A stretch of DNA of 64,000 nt, from positions 64,001-128,000 of the forward strand of contig CAVOYH010000005.1 in assembly GCA_963700635.1 (NCBI GenBank), given 5' to 3'. Below, piece after piece: positions 10,777-21,944 of the stretch. The stretch comes from an uncultured Bacteroidota bacterium. Its GTDB lineage: Bacteria; Bacteroidota; Ignavibacteria; UBA10030; UBA6906. Within the stretch, counting starts at the first letter, position 1; each line of letters opens with the position of its first letter. The position numbers were made by a program, and so were the translations under genes. The notes beneath the pieces were generated by a model. That model saw only the letters and a list, made by a program, of their open reading frames with translations. It ran no database searches and was not told the origin of the DNA.

Positions 10777-12276
10777 ATGCTCTCATTTGTCGAGTTCCAG
10801 CACTTGAGTTCCCGGTACAATGTTATCCCGTTCATTCAGACGTTTACGGCGGACACGTTGACGCCGGTGCTGACCTACCTAACGTTGCGTGAGGACGGCG
10901 TGCCGTCCTTCATTCTGGAGAGTGTAGAGCCGAATGAAAAGATAGGCCGTTTCTCGTTTGCCGGCACGGATCCGCGTATCCTCCTGGATGTGCGCGGTGA
11001 TTGGGTGACCATACAGGATCATACTGGCGTGCAACGTACGCGGGAGACTGTGTTCGCTGTCGTACGCCGCCTGCTGGAACACTATCGCTGTGCACCTCTG
11101 GGAGTGCCGCACGGACTCATGGGTGGATTTGTGGGGTATGTCGGGTATAACTGTGTCCGCGCACTCGAACGTATACCCATAAGCGATCCCCAACCGGAGG
11201 AGGAAGCGGATGCGATCCTGGGTCTCTTTGGAACGATTGTGCAGTTTGACCATCGCCGCCAGATCATGACGCTTGTCCACAACGTCTTTACGGATCCGCT
11301 CCTGCCTCTGCGCGACCAGTACAATTTGGGGTGCGCCGCGGTGGAGGCTCTTGTTGCCCGACTCAGGCGGACCACGGTTGTTGCGACGCCCTTCGCTTGC
11401 ACCGATCCGGGTCACGAAGAACCGTCGCCGGACGAGTTTATGTCTTCGGTCGAGACGGCCAAGCGCCGTATTAAGGAAGGAGATATTTTCCAGGTCGTTC
11501 TTTCCCGCCGCCTGCGGCGGGAATTCAGCGGCGACCTCTTCGCTGTCTATCGCGCACTCCGCGTGATCAACCCTTCTCCGTATCTGTTTTATCTCGACTT
11601 CGGGCAGACCAAGCTGGCAGGATCCTCGCCTGAAGTTCTGGTACGCCTGCGGGATACCATGGTAAACGTCCTGCCGATTGCAGGAACACGACCCAGAGGG
11701 AAGGATGAAGCAGAAGACAAACTCTTCGAAGAGGAGCTGCTGGGCGATACCAAGGAACTTGCAGAACACGTGATGCTTGTTGATCTCGGGCGGAACGATG
11801 TGGGCCGGATTGCAGAGTACGGATCCGTAGAGGTGCCTGTGTTCAAGCGTGTCGACCGGTACTCCCACGTTATGCATATAGTTTCCGAAGTACATGGCCG
11901 TTTGCGCGAAGGGATTGATGCTGTCGGCGTCCTGGAGGCCTGTTTTCCTGCGGGCACGGTATCCGGCGCCCCGAAAGTGCGTGCGATGGAGATCATCCAC
12001 TCCCTTGAACCGTTTTCCCGGGGCGCGTATGCGGGTGCCGTGGGATACATCGGGCTGGATGGAGTACTGGATACCTGCATTGCTATACGGACGGTCTTCG
12101 CCCACGGAAACATGTTGAAGATCCAATCCGGTGCAGGGATTGTCGCTGATTCGGATCCCCGCAGGGAATATGACGAGACGGTGAATAAGGCCAGGGCTCT
12201 TCTGGAGGCGGTACAACTCGCTTCCGAAGGGCTGGTATCGCCGTTCTCCGCGTGGACGGGGGGAAAGAGTTCATGA
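10777..12276 (+). CDS. trpE: Anthranilate synthase component I
   Basis: FILESVE, GDIFQVVLS, NPSPY, PIAGTRPRG, AEHVMLVDLGRND, PAGTVSGAPK motifs. Confidence 0.96.
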   Translation: MLSFVEFQHLSSRYNVIPFIQTFTADTLTPVLTYLTLREDGVPSFILESVEPNEKIGRFSFAGTDPRILLDVRGDWVTIQDHTGVQRTRETVFAVVRRLLEHYRCAPLGVPHGLMGGFVGYVGYNCVRALERIPISDPQPEEEADAILGLFGTIVQFDHRRQIMTLVHNVFTDPLLPLRDQYNLGCAAVEALVARLRRTTVVATPFACTDPGHEEPSPDEFMSSVETAKRRIKEGDIFQVVLSRRLRREFSGDLFAVYRALRVINPSPYLFYLDFGQTKLAGSSPEVLVRLRDTMVNVLPIAGTRPRGKDEAEDKLFEEELLGDTKELAEHVMLVDLGRNDVGRIAEYGSVEVPVFKRVDRYSHVMHIVSEVHGRLREGIDAVGVLEACFPAGTVSGAPKVRAMEIIHSLEPFSRGAYAGAVGYIGLDGVLDTCIAIRTVFAHGNMLKIQSGAGIVADSDPRREYDETVNKARALLEAVQLASEGLVSPFSAWTGGKSS

Positions 12277-12842
12277 TTCTGGTGATTGACAATTACGATT
12301 CCTTCACGTACAACCTCGTGCAGATGCTTGGCGCTCTCCGGGTTGATCTCACGGTGTACCGTAACGACACGATTACGCTCGAAGAGGTAGCCACATTGCA
12401 GCCATCCCGGATACTCCTTTCTCCCGGTCCGGGTAGACCGGAAGATGCCGGCATCACGGTCGAAGTGATTCGCCGTTTCGGGCCGGCGACCCCGATTCTC
12501 GGTGTCTGCCTCGGGCACCAGGCAATCGGTTCGGCTTACGGGGGAACGATCATCCATGCGCCATCGCTGATGCACGGCCGCACGTCAAGGGTCCTGCACA
12601 CCGGGTCGTCCCTCTATGCACATATTCCCACGCCTTTCGAAGCAACACGGTACCATTCGCTTGTTATCGATCGCACCGCTCTGCCGGAAGAGTTGACCAT
12701 TACTGCCGAGACAGACGACCGGATTATCATGGGGGTTCGTCACCGAACATTCCCTGTCGAGGGAGTGCAGTTTCATCCCGAGTCAATTCTCACAACACAC
12801 GGAGCCCGGATACTCCGCAACTGGGTGGAGCGAACGGCATGA
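12273..12842 (+). CDS. trpG: Anthranilate synthase component II (glutamine amidotransferase)
   Basis: IDNYDSFTYNL, SPGPG, GVCLGHQ, QFHPES; ATGA overlap with trpE. Confidence 0.96.
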   Translation: MILVIDNYDSFTYNLVQMLGALRVDLTVYRNDTITLEEVATLQPSRILLSPGPGRPEDAGITVEVIRRFGPATPILGVCLGHQAIGSAYGGTIIHAPSLMHGRTSRVLHTGSSLYAHIPTPFEATRYHSLVIDRTALPEELTITAETDDRIIMGVRHRTFPVEGVQFHPESILTTHGARILRNWVERTA

Positions 12843-13852
12843 AATACTATATAGAAAAAGTTCTTGAGCGCCAGGACCTTTCAGTTCGTGAGGCGGCTGA
12901 GGCCCTCGCCTTGATCATGACCAACCAGGCTACAGAAATTCAGATTGCTGGATTCCTTGTAGCGCTCCGGGCAAAGGGCGAGTGCGAAGATGAATTGGTG
13001 GGGTTTGCCACAACGATGCGGGATCGGTGCATCAAGATCAAAACTGACGACCCTGATGCCATTGACATGTGCGGTACAGGCGGTGATGGCCACAATACGT
13101 TCAATGTCTCGACGGTCGCGGCTTTGGTGGTGGCGGGCGCCGGGGTGACGGTGGCGAAGCATGGTAACCGGTCCGTCTCCAGCCGCAGTGGAAGTGCCGA
13201 TGTGCTTGGAGCGCTGGGCGTGAATATCCAGATTGCACCCGAGCGGGTGGAAGCATGTGTCAACTCGGTGGGTATAGGATTCCTGTTTGCTCCGCTCCTC
13301 CATCCGGCTATGAAATACGCAGCCAGACCACGTCAGGAACTGGGCATTCGAACAATCTTCAATATGCTCGGCCCGATCACCAATCCGGCCGGCGTGCGGC
13401 GGCAGGTGCTCGGGACGTACCACCCCGACGCGGCGATCAAGCTGGCCGGCGCACTGTCTGCGATGAACACAGAACTGGCCTGTGTTGTTCATGATGAAGA
13501 CGGCATGGATGAGGTGAGCCTGAGTTCTCAGACAAGTGTCTATGAGGTACAACACTCTACACCAGTCCGGCAATACTCCGTCACCCCTCAGGAATTCGGG
13601 TTGAATCCGACACCTCGTGACGCCATTCGGGGGGGAGATCCGACCCGGAATGCCGATATTGCCCTGCGGATCCTGCAGGGCGAACATTCACCCGGCCGCG
13701 ATGTAGTGCTCGCAAATGCCGCGATGGGTATTCGTGTCGCCGGAAGAACCGCCGACCTGAAAGAAGCAAGCGCGCTCGCGGCAGAATCCATCGATTCCGG
13801 CAGGACTCTCTCGGTGCTCCGTCATCTTGTGGAGTTTACGAACAAGCCATGA
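12839..13852 (+). CDS. trpD: Anthranilate phosphoribosyltransferase
   Basis: DMCGTGGDG, FNVST, KHGNRSVSS, RTIFNMLGP. Confidence 0.96.
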   Translation: MKYYIEKVLERQDLSVREAAEALALIMTNQATEIQIAGFLVALRAKGECEDELVGFATTMRDRCIKIKTDDPDAIDMCGTGGDGHNTFNVSTVAALVVAGAGVTVAKHGNRSVSSRSGSADVLGALGVNIQIAPERVEACVNSVGIGFLFAPLLHPAMKYAARPRQELGIRTIFNMLGPITNPAGVRRQVLGTYHPDAAIKLAGALSAMNTELACVVHDEDGMDEVSLSSQTSVYEVQHSTPVRQYSVTPQEFGLNPTPRDAIRGGDPTRNADIALRILQGEHSPGRDVVLANAAMGIRVAGRTADLKEASALAAESIDSGRTLSVLRHLVEFTNKP

Positions 13853-14646
13853 AGAATTATCTGGACGTCATCCTTCGTCATAAGCGCAGTGAAGTGGAGG
13901 AGCAGCGTCGTGCCACGCCGGTGGAACACCTCAGAGACCGGGAGGGATATGCGCAACCCCGCCGCTCTCTTGTGGGGGCGCTCCGCAGGCACCGGCCGGC
14001 AATCATCGCGGAAATCAAAGCCGCCTCGCCGTCAAAAGGAATTCTCAGGACCGGCATGGACGTTGCCGGAATCGCCGCGTCATATGTGGATGGGGGCGCA
14101 GCTGCGCTCTCGGTGCTGACGGATAAGAAATATTTTGGAGGACAACTTGACTATCTGCCGATCGCACGCCGGGGGCATGTCCTGCCGGTCCTCCGAAAAG
14201 ATTTCATCATCGATCCGTACCAGGTGTACCAGGCACGGGCATATGAAGCAGATGCGATTCTCCTGATTGCCGCCGCACTGGAAAAATCCCAGCTGTCGAA
14301 CCTGAACCAGCTTGCGCGGGAGCTTGGACTGGAGGTGCTCATGGAGGTGCATTCCGAGCGTGATATAGCAATGCTCGACGGTGAACCGGTTGAATTGCTG
14401 GGCATTAACAACCGCGACTTGTCTTCATTCCAGACCGATATCACCACATCGATCCGCCTCCGCCCAATGGCGCCGGCCGGTTCGCTTATCGTAAGTGAAT
14501 CGGGCATTCAGACGCGTGATCATCTTACCCGGCTCTCTGCGTGTGGCATTCATGCGTTTCTGGTAGGTGAGGCGCTCCTGCGAGCACCGGACCCGGGTCA
14601 GGCGCTCCGCACTCTGCTTATGCCTGCTCCCGGGGAGCCGACATGA
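13849..14646 (+). CDS. trpC: Indole-3-glycerol phosphate synthase
   Basis: IAEIKAASPSKG, SVLTD, LRKDFI, GINNRDL, SESGI. Confidence 0.96.
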   Translation: MKNYLDVILRHKRSEVEEQRRATPVEHLRDREGYAQPRRSLVGALRRHRPAIIAEIKAASPSKGILRTGMDVAGIAASYVDGGAAALSVLTDKKYFGGQLDYLPIARRGHVLPVLRKDFIIDPYQVYQARAYEADAILLIAAALEKSQLSNLNQLARELGLEVLMEVHSERDIAMLDGEPVELLGINNRDLSSFQTDITTSIRLRPMAPAGSLIVSESGIQTRDHLTRLSACGIHAFLVGEALLRAPDPGQALRTLLMPAPGEPT

Positions 14647-15287
14647 GGATCAAGATCTGCGGGATCACACAAAAAGAAGATGCATTGTGTGCAGTCGACG
14701 CAGGAGCCGACGCAGTGGGATTTGTGTTCCATCCTCACAGCGTACGCTTCATCCACCCCGACGATGCAGGGGATATTATATCCGCCCTTCCGCCGGACGT
14801 TCTCCCTGTGGGCGTCTTCGTGAACACTCCCCGCGATCAGGTCCTGGAAACCATTCGCCGTTCAGGGGTCCGTGCCCTTCAATTTCACGGTGAGGAATCT
14901 CCCGGGAGTATTCTCGGCTATGATCGGGTGGTGATCAAGGCCCATCGGGTGGGCCCAACGTTGGACCTGGAAGTCCTTCGCACCTACAACGTGTATGCGC
15001 ATCTTCTTGATACGTTTGTGGAAGGGGTGTATGGAGGAACGGGCAAGGCATTTGATTGGCAGGTTGCCGCCCATGCCCGCGAGTTCGGCCGGATTATCCT
15101 TAGCGGCGGACTCAATGAAGAGAACATCCGGGATGCGATTTATGCCTCCGATCCGCATGCCGTCGATACCAGCAGCGGTGTCGAACTGCGGCCAGGCTTC
15201 AAGGACCCCGAAAAGATGAGACTGTTTGTGCGAAGAGCCCGGGATGCATTTAGTCAACTGGCCGAACAGAAGTCAGCAACGAGGTAA
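14643..15287 (+). CDS. trpF: Phosphoribosylanthranilate isomerase
   Basis: IKICGIT, VGVFVN, QFHGEE, GGTGKAFDW, DTSSGVE. Confidence 0.96.
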   Translation: MRIKICGITQKEDALCAVDAGADAVGFVFHPHSVRFIHPDDAGDIISALPPDVLPVGVFVNTPRDQVLETIRRSGVRALQFHGEESPGSILGYDRVVIKAHRVGPTLDLEVLRTYNVYAHLLDTFVEGVYGGTGKAFDWQVAAHAREFGRIILSGGLNEENIRDAIYASDPHAVDTSSGVELRPGFKDPEKMRLFVRRARDAFSQLAEQKSATR

Positions 15288-15290
15288 TCC

Positions 15291-16478
15291 ATGCGGAATC
15301 AACCAACATCCATGCCCGACGCCGACGGCTACTTCGGAGCGTACGGCGGCAGATACGTCCCCGAAACGCTGATAAACGCGCTTCATGAGCTTGAGGCGTT
15401 GTACCTCGACGCCAGGCAGGATGCGGAATTTCAACAGGCGTTTCATGAGATGCTCCAGACCTACGCGGGGCGGCCCACGCCGCTCACCCGCGCAGACCGG
15501 CTGGGCGCGTATCTGGGAAAGAAAAAAGTCTATTTGAAACGCGAAGACCTGTGCCATACCGGTGCTCACAAGATCAATAATACCATCGGCCAGATCCTTC
15601 TGGCACAACGATCGGGAAAACCGCGGGTCATTGCGGAGACCGGAGCAGGGCAGCATGGTGTCGCAACGGCAACGGTGGCTGCGAAGATGGGATTTCGCTG
15701 CGACGTCTACATGGGGGAAGAGGATATGGGACGTCAGCGGTTGAATGTTCACCGCATGGAGATGCTTGGGGCGCGCGTTCTTCCCGTGCGTTCGGGCACG
15801 CGCACGCTCAAAGATGCCACCAGTGAGGCAATCCGCGATTGGGTGACAAACGTACGGGATACATTCTATGTTATCGGCTCCGTGGTCGGACCCCATCCCT
15901 ATCCGATGATCGTACGTGATTTTCAAAGCGTGATTGGTGCGGAAGTCCGGACACAGGTGCGCAAGGCCGAAGGTCGGGACCCTGACCTGCTTCTCGCCTG
16001 TGTCGGGGGGGGGAGTAATGCCATAGGACTCTTTGCTCCGTTCCTGGAATCCCCCGTCCGTATGATCGGAGTGGAGGCGGCAGGATTCGGACTGGAAACC
16101 GGAAAACATGCAGCGACCCTGACCCTCGGGGTTCCCGGGATCCTCCATGGCTCCCGCAGCTATCTTCTCCAGGACGCACACGGACAGGTGCAGCTCGCAC
16201 ACTCCATTTCGGCCGGACTGGACTATCCCGGTGTTGGTCCCGAGCACAGCGCACTGAAGGATGCAGGGCGCGTGGTATATGGGTCCGTGACGGATGACGA
16301 AGCCCTTGCCGGCGCGCACCTCCTGGCCCGCCTTGAGGGTATCATCCCGGCCCTCGAAACAGCCCACGCCATTGCCTATCTCGATAAAATTGCCGGGACA
16401 CTTCCTGACGATACCCTTATGGTGATAAATGTGTCGGGACGAGGAGATAAAGACATGGACGCGTACGCGGGCCTATGA
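15291..16478 (+). CDS. trpB: Tryptophan synthase beta chain
   Basis: [16 protein letters not shown] (PLP Lys), [27 protein letters not shown]. Confidence 0.97.
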   Translation: MRNQPTSMPDADGYFGAYGGRYVPETLINALHELEALYLDARQDAEFQQAFHEMLQTYAGRPTPLTRADRLGAYLGKKKVYLKREDLCHTGAHKINNTIGQILLAQRSGKPRVIAETGAGQHGVATATVAAKMGFRCDVYMGEEDMGRQRLNVHRMEMLGARVLPVRSGTRTLKDATSEAIRDWVTNVRDTFYVIGSVVGPHPYPMIVRDFQSVIGAEVRTQVRKAEGRDPDLLLACVGGGSNAIGLFAPFLESPVRMIGVEAAGFGLETGKHAATLTLGVPGILHGSRSYLLQDAHGQVQLAHSISAGLDYPGVGPEHSALKDAGRVVYGSVTDDEALAGAHLLARLEGIIPALETAHAIAYLDKIAGTLPDDTLMVINVSGRGDKDMDAYAGL

Positions 16479-17260
16479 AAAAGAATCTGGAAAAGCGGCT
16501 GGCCACAAATATTCGGCACGGGAAACCTTCTCTGGCGATGTTTCTTACCGCAGGGTATCCCTCCCTCGACTCCACGCGTGATCTATTCCTTGCCCTGGAA
16601 GACGGAGGGGCAGATGTAGTGGAAATAGGAATGCCTTTTTCGGATCCTCTTGCCGATGGTCCGGTCATCCAGCTGGCGTCTGCAGCGGCCTTGCAGAATG
16701 GCGTAACACTCCCCCGGGTTCTTGACTGTGTCCGGGAGATCCGTAAACGCTCATCCCTGCCGCTCGTACTCATGGGCTATCTGAATCCCATCCTTCGTTA
16801 CGGAGAAGCACAGTTCTTGTCGGATGCGGCGGAAGCAGGCGTTGATGGTCTTATTCTTCCTGAACTCCCGCTTGAGGAGTGGCGGCGGGTTGAAAATCGT
16901 GTATCAGCGACGGACCTCGCAGGGATACTGCTCGTGACACCTACGACGACTCCGGATCGTGTGCAGGCTATTGATGAGTTCTCGTCCGGGTTTCTCTATT
17001 GTGTGTCGACAACGGGGGTCACGGGGGGCGTTGTGCCGGCGCATGCGATATCGGACATCCGGAGGATAAAAACTCATGTTCGCAAGAATCCGATGCTGGT
17101 GGGTTTTGGCATCTCCTCCCCGGAGCTGGCGGCGGATTTTGCGCGGGTGGCTGATGGTGTGATTGTCGGGACCGCTTTGCTCCGTTTGCTTGAGCACAAC
17201 CCGACAGCGCGGCAGATAACAGCGTGGGTGAAGAGTTTCAGATCCGCTCTTGATTCCTGA
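16475..17260 (+). CDS. trpA: Tryptophan synthase alpha chain
   Basis: [34 protein letters not shown]. Confidence 0.97.
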   Translation: MKKNLEKRLATNIRHGKPSLAMFLTAGYPSLDSTRDLFLALEDGGADVVEIGMPFSDPLADGPVIQLASAAALQNGVTLPRVLDCVREIRKRSSLPLVLMGYLNPILRYGEAQFLSDAAEAGVDGLILPELPLEEWRRVENRVSATDLAGILLVTPTTTPDRVQAIDEFSSGFLYCVSTTGVTGGVVPAHAISDIRRIKTHVRKNPMLVGFGISSPELAADFARVADGVIVGTALLRLLEHNPTARQITAWVKSFRSALDS

Positions 17261-17310
17261 GCGGGTGCGGGTCGCCACACCTCTGAGAGTCCCGCGGGAC
17301 TGCCTGCCTC

Positions 17311-17339
17311 TTGCACCTTTCACACCGATTCAGTATCCT
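17311..17339 (+). promoter_or_regulatory. Putative sigma70 promoter of the acyl-CoA synthetase gene
   Basis: TTGCAC-17 bp-TATCCT. Confidence 0.45.
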
Positions 17340-17373
17340 TAGCTGGCCTGTCCCACCATCCGAATTGTGACCC

Positions 17374-19063
17374 ATGCGACTACAACTTCAGACGTTGCGC
17401 ACCGCTCTTGAAGAGAGCGCACAACGTTTCCCCACCCGCCCGGCCCTCACCATGATTGACGGCCATATTCTTACCTATGCCGAACTCTGGCAGCGTGCCC
17501 GTCAGGTTTCAGCGTTTCTGGCGCAGCGTGGTGTGCGCCATGGCGATCGCGTGGCACTCCTCGGTGAGAACATGCCGCACTGGGGAGTATGCTATTTTGG
17601 AATTACCTCGATGGGCGCCGTGGCAGTGCCCATCCTGCCCGATTTTCACGCCTCGGATATTGCCCGGATTCTTCGCCATGCGGAGGTGAGTGCCGTATTT
17701 GTGTCGCGACGCCTGATCGAAAAGCTGGGCGGATTGACGGAAGCTGAAACCGGTCCGGTGGTGTTCATGGAGGATTGGACGGAATCAACGGGCGCTCATA
17801 ACGGCTCCGTAACGGCGCAGACAAGTACAAGAGCCCATCTCCGTCCTCCAACCGTATGCCTCTGCTGACGCAGGACGGTTGATACCCGAACGATTGCCCG
17901 TGCGTGAAGACCTTGCGGCCATTGTGTATACCTCTGGCACGACCGGTCATTCGAAAGGCGTCATGCTCAGCCATGGTAATCTCCTTGCCGACGCCGAAGG
18001 CACGCTCCACATCGTAAACCTCGGCGAGAACGATCGTTTGCTTTCAATTCTCCCGCTGCCCCATACCTACGAATGTACGCTGGGCTTCATCACGCCGATC
18101 CTGGTTGGCGCGTCGATCCACTACATCGAAAAGCCGCCTACCGCTGCGGTTCTGCTTCCCGCTCTGGAGCGCGTCCGCCCGACCGTCATGCTTTCCGTCC
18201 CTCTTGTCATTGAAAAGATATACAAAGCCCGCATTCTTCCCCAGCTCACGAAGAGTCCACTGCTCCGGAAGGCACACAGCATCCCGTTTTTCAGAAGGAT
18301 TCTTCACCGGGTGGCGGGGAAGAAACTGCTCAGGATTTTTGGCGGGAGCTTGCGGCTGTTTACCATTGGCGGCGCCCCCCTCGCGCCTGATGTGGAGTTA
18401 TTCCTCCGCGAAGGGAAATTTCCATACGCCATCGGGTACGGGTTGACGGAAACAGCGCCGCTTGTTGCCGGAACCGGACCAGAGAAGACGCGTTACAAAT
18501 CCACCGGGCCCGCTTTGCCCGGCACCATGATCCGCCTCGCCAACCCCGATGCACACTCCGGAGAGGGAGAGATACAGATAAAAGGCCCAACGGTGATGAA
18601 AGGGTACTATCGGGATCCTGAGCGGACACGGCAGGTGCTCAGCGAGGACGGATGGCTCAGCACAGGTGACCTTGGTGTGATGGATGGGGACGGGTTCGTG
18701 TTTATTAAGGGCCGGCTCAAAAACATGATCCTGGGCCCAAGCGGAAAGAATATCTATCCCGAAGAAATTGAATCGGTCATCAACGAATTTGAAAGCGTTC
18801 ACGAGTCCGTTGTGTACGAATACCAGAACCGTCTTGTGGCTCTGGTTCATCTGGACTATGAACGGCTCCAGAAAGCCATCCACTCACTCGGTGAATCGGA
18901 CATCCGGCAGAAGGCCGCAGCCCTTCTTGCCGATATTCAAAAGCAGATAAACAACCGCGTACCCTTGTACTCCCGTATTCACAGGATCGTAGAACAGGCC
19001 GAACCGTTCCAGAAGACGCCCACCCAGAAGATCAAACGTCATCTGTATATTCCGCCCGCCTGA
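17374..19063 (+). CDS. Long-chain fatty acyl-CoA synthetase (AMP-binding), split by a frameshift between about 17813 and 17866
   Basis: ORF 17374-17868 gives the N-terminus (GDRVALLGEN); ORF 17879-19063 gives YTSGTTGHSKG, GYGLTE, TGDLG, GRLKNMI. Confidence 0.85.
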
Positions 19064-19119
19064 CTCTTCCCACGGAATCCCGGCGTGTGACCGTCACTGA
19101 TCGGTGCCACCCCCGGAAC

Positions 19120-19569
19120 TTATGGGACCGGGAGTAAGTGTTTCTCCATGCACACTGCAGTTGTCGGGCACGCAGTTGAAAACTCAGCGGATGCTGTGAC
19201 CGGTCCGGTGATCGTTTCACGGCTGACCCGACGGTAACCCCGTTTCTGAAAAAAAGACTCTGCCGTTGTGGTGAGCAGGACGAGGCGCTGGATACCCGCA
19301 AATCGAGCCAGATCTTCGATACTCTCTACGAGACGGGATCCAGTGCCGGTCCGACGATGTGTGGTGGAGACAACGGCGGAACGTAGCAGGGCCAACGGAG
19401 GATAAAGCTCCAGCCCGATTGCCCCGATGATGATGTCCCGGTCAGCCGCGACCAGAAAATGTTCCATCGCGGGGGTCAGCCCATCAAGCGGCAGCGTATT
19501 GGCGGAGAGAAGTGCGCGGATCTGTTCCGCATCCGATGCCGTCGCCCGTCGAATCGTAAACAGGTTCAC
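19120..19569 (-). CDS. GNAT N-acetyltransferase, ArsN2-like
   Basis: ALLRSAVV, RRTGTG, LLTTTAESFFQKRGY, SAEFSTACPTTAVCM; probable GTG start at 19569. Confidence 0.8.
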   Translation of the reverse strand: MNLFTIRRATASDAEQIRALLSANTLPLDGLTPAMEHFLVAADRDIIIGAIGLELYPPLALLRSAVVSTTHRRTGTGSRLVESIEDLARFAGIQRLVLLTTTAESFFQKRGYRRVSRETITGPVTASAEFSTACPTTAVCMEKHLLPVP

Positions 19570-19694
19570 AGGGTTCGCCCTGGTTGAGGTGTGCGTGCGG
19601 GAGGCCCGTTTTCTCCCTGGCCCGAAAGATAGGGACAGAACATCAGATGTACAAGTGCGCCGGTCCTTCGGGAGAATTCTTTGTGGACCGTTGT

Positions 19695-19723
19695 TTGACA
19701 AAGCCGTCTGCTTCCCGTAGATT
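19695..19723 (+). promoter_or_regulatory. sigma70 promoter of the aldo-keto reductase operon
   Basis: TTGACA-17 bp-TAGATT. Confidence 0.65.
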
Positions 19724-19753
19724 GCCTGTGGTACACAAAACGATGGAGGATGA

Positions 19754-20941
19754 ATGCACCACGTCGAGCGTCGACATTTCCTGAAGACTTCTCTTGCTGT
19801 CACGTCGGGTGCGTTGCTCGGAACAGCGGCCGAGGGGTGGGGCCAGGATGCCGGAAAGAAACAACCTGCCGGCTCGCGGAAACTCATCACGCGCACTCTT
19901 GGAAGAACCGGTCTTGTACTTCCGATTGTCAGTATGGGTGTCATGCGTGCGGATAACCCCGGTCTTGTGCGCTCCGCGCTTGAGCAGGGGATGATTCATC
20001 TTGACACCGCGCACGGTTATCAGAGAGGGCGTAATGAGGAAATGCTGGGCAAGGTCCTTGCCGGGTATCCCCGCAGTTCATTTGTTATTGCGACAAAAGT
20101 GAAACCCGAGTCGGGTGATGCTCCGGAAGCAACCAGGGCCTGGCTTTCGAACCTCGATCTGAGCCTGCGACGTCTCACGATGGACTACGTAGACATCCTC
20201 TACCTGCATGCCATCGGGTCACGAGAGGAAGCGCTTGCGCCGGCGATGCTTGAAGCGCTCAGGCAGGCGAAGGAATCCGGGCGCGCCAGATTTGTCGGAC
20301 TTTCCACCCATGAAAGGGAACCGGAGGTCATCGATGCCGCCGTCGAGTGCGGAGTCTACGACGTTGTGCTCACTGCGGTGAATTTTAAGCAGGATCACTA
20401 CCCGTCGGTGAAAGCGGCAATCGCAAGGGCCGCCGCAGCCGGTGTCGGGATCGTTGGAATGAAAACTATGGCGGGTGGATACTATGACAAGGCAAAAACG
20501 AGGCGTGTAAATTGTAAGGCGGCGTTGAAGTTTGTTCTGCAGGACGAGCATGTGACCACCACGATCCCCGGCATCACCTCGTTCGACCAGCTCGCGGAAA
20601 ACGCGAGTGTGAATTCCGATCTCGTCCTCACTGAGGAGGAACGGGATGCCCTCGCGGCCGGGAACCTTGAAGGTGGGTTGTATTGTCAGGGCTGCCGGCA
20701 ATGTGTAGAGACCTGCGACAGGGGGATCCACATTCCCGCCTATATGCGTGCGTTTATGTACACATACGGCTACCGCGATCTTAGTCTGGCTCACACACTA
20801 CTCTCACAGGTGGATACCGATGCAAATCCCTGCGCAGACTGTGCGTCGTGCTCGGTGCGCTGTGCAAAGGATTTCCCGGTTCGTGAACGGATCGCGGATG
20901 TCCGGCGTGTCAGAATGATACCGGAAGACCTGCTCGCATGA
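19754..20941 (+). CDS. Aldo/keto reductase with twin-arginine signal and C-terminal Fe-S cysteine motifs
   Basis: ERRHFLK Tat motif; RTLGRTG, DTAHGY, IATK, DYVDILYLH; CQGCRQCVETC and CADCASCSVRC. Confidence 0.85.
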   Translation: MHHVERRHFLKTSLAVTSGALLGTAAEGWGQDAGKKQPAGSRKLITRTLGRTGLVLPIVSMGVMRADNPGLVRSALEQGMIHLDTAHGYQRGRNEEMLGKVLAGYPRSSFVIATKVKPESGDAPEATRAWLSNLDLSLRRLTMDYVDILYLHAIGSREEALAPAMLEALRQAKESGRARFVGLSTHEREPEVIDAAVECGVYDVVLTAVNFKQDHYPSVKAAIARAAAAGVGIVGMKTMAGGYYDKAKTRRVNCKAALKFVLQDEHVTTTIPGITSFDQLAENASVNSDLVLTEEERDALAAGNLEGGLYCQGCRQCVETCDRGIHIPAYMRAFMYTYGYRDLSLAHTLLSQVDTDANPCADCASCSVRCAKDFPVRERIADVRRVRMIPEDLLA

Positions 20942-21807
20942 TCGGCGCAGGACGGCATACAGTGGTGCACATCGTCATTCTTGCGATGGGTCTCCTTGGT
21001 CCGCAGACATTGGCCTTCAGCCCTGATGCCACGGATCAGTTCCCCCGACTGGAGGGATGGACGGTGTTCTGCGATACGACGGAGTACGCGCCGGAAACGT
21101 TGTGGAAGTACATCAATGGCGCCGCTGACCTCTTTGTCAGCTATCAATTCGAAAATCTGCGTATTGCGTACTATCAAAACGTGTCCGGGGTGGAGATCCG
21201 GGCTGAACTCTACCGGCATTCATCAGATGCCAATGCGTACGGCATGTACTCCCAGGAGAGGTCTCCGGAAAATGCCGTCGTACCGTTTGGCGCCGAGGGG
21301 TGCGCTGATGAAGGGATGCTGAATTTCGTGGCCGGCCCGTTCTACGTGAAGCTCTCGTCCAATCAGACAGGCGGGGAAGTGGAGTCAGCTCTGGGAAACG
21401 TCGCCGCGGCAATTGACCGCACACTCGGGCAACCCCGCCGCCTGCCGGCAGGTTTTGATCTGCTGCCTGTTGCCGGCCGTGTTCCCCGGTCGGAGCAATT
21501 TATAGCAGAGGCCTATCTCGGGTACGAATTTCTGGGAGGTGTTTACAGTGCGTCATACGGAACTCCGGATGGATGCCGTGTTTTCGCCCTCCCGTGCGAG
21601 TCTCCCGAAGACGCCCGGGCCACTCTTGCTTCGTTTCTTGGTGTACCTTTGTTGAAGATTCGGAACGACGCGGGCGATGTCATCTCTGTCGAAGATCCGC
21701 ATCATGGTCCGATCGACCTTCTGGTAAAAGGAACCGCGTTGATGGGCATCGTAGGGTGTCCCGAAATAGAACCGTCACGCCTTCTGCTCCGGAAAGGCCT
21801 ACAATAA
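20938..21807 (+). CDS. Exported hypothetical protein (DUF6599-like), coupled to the reductase gene
   Basis: Signal peptide; YAPETLWKYINGAADLF and NAYGMYSQER motifs; ATGA overlap. Confidence 0.6.
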   Translation: MIGAGRHTVVHIVILAMGLLGPQTLAFSPDATDQFPRLEGWTVFCDTTEYAPETLWKYINGAADLFVSYQFENLRIAYYQNVSGVEIRAELYRHSSDANAYGMYSQERSPENAVVPFGAEGCADEGMLNFVAGPFYVKLSSNQTGGEVESALGNVAAAIDRTLGQPRRLPAGFDLLPVAGRVPRSEQFIAEAYLGYEFLGGVYSASYGTPDGCRVFALPCESPEDARATLASFLGVPLLKIRNDAGDVISVEDPHHGPIDLLVKGTALMGIVGCPEIEPSRLLLRKGLQ

Positions 21808-21944
21808 CGATCTGGCTATAAATAGCCAGCTGTATGATCCCGGACTTCCAGGGCGACCCATCCCCTCGGTCAACCTTCTAAAGTGTTACCTGCCTTCATC
21901 TTCTGGCCACTCCTTCTGGTACGGCACTTGCATGCCATAGGGCT

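Noticed and set aside
10879-12575. Long antisense ORFs (445 aa and 328 aa) opposite trpE, and similar ones opposite hemE, sufC and sod
   Set aside because: Expected shadows of GC-rich coding sequence with no recognisable motifs
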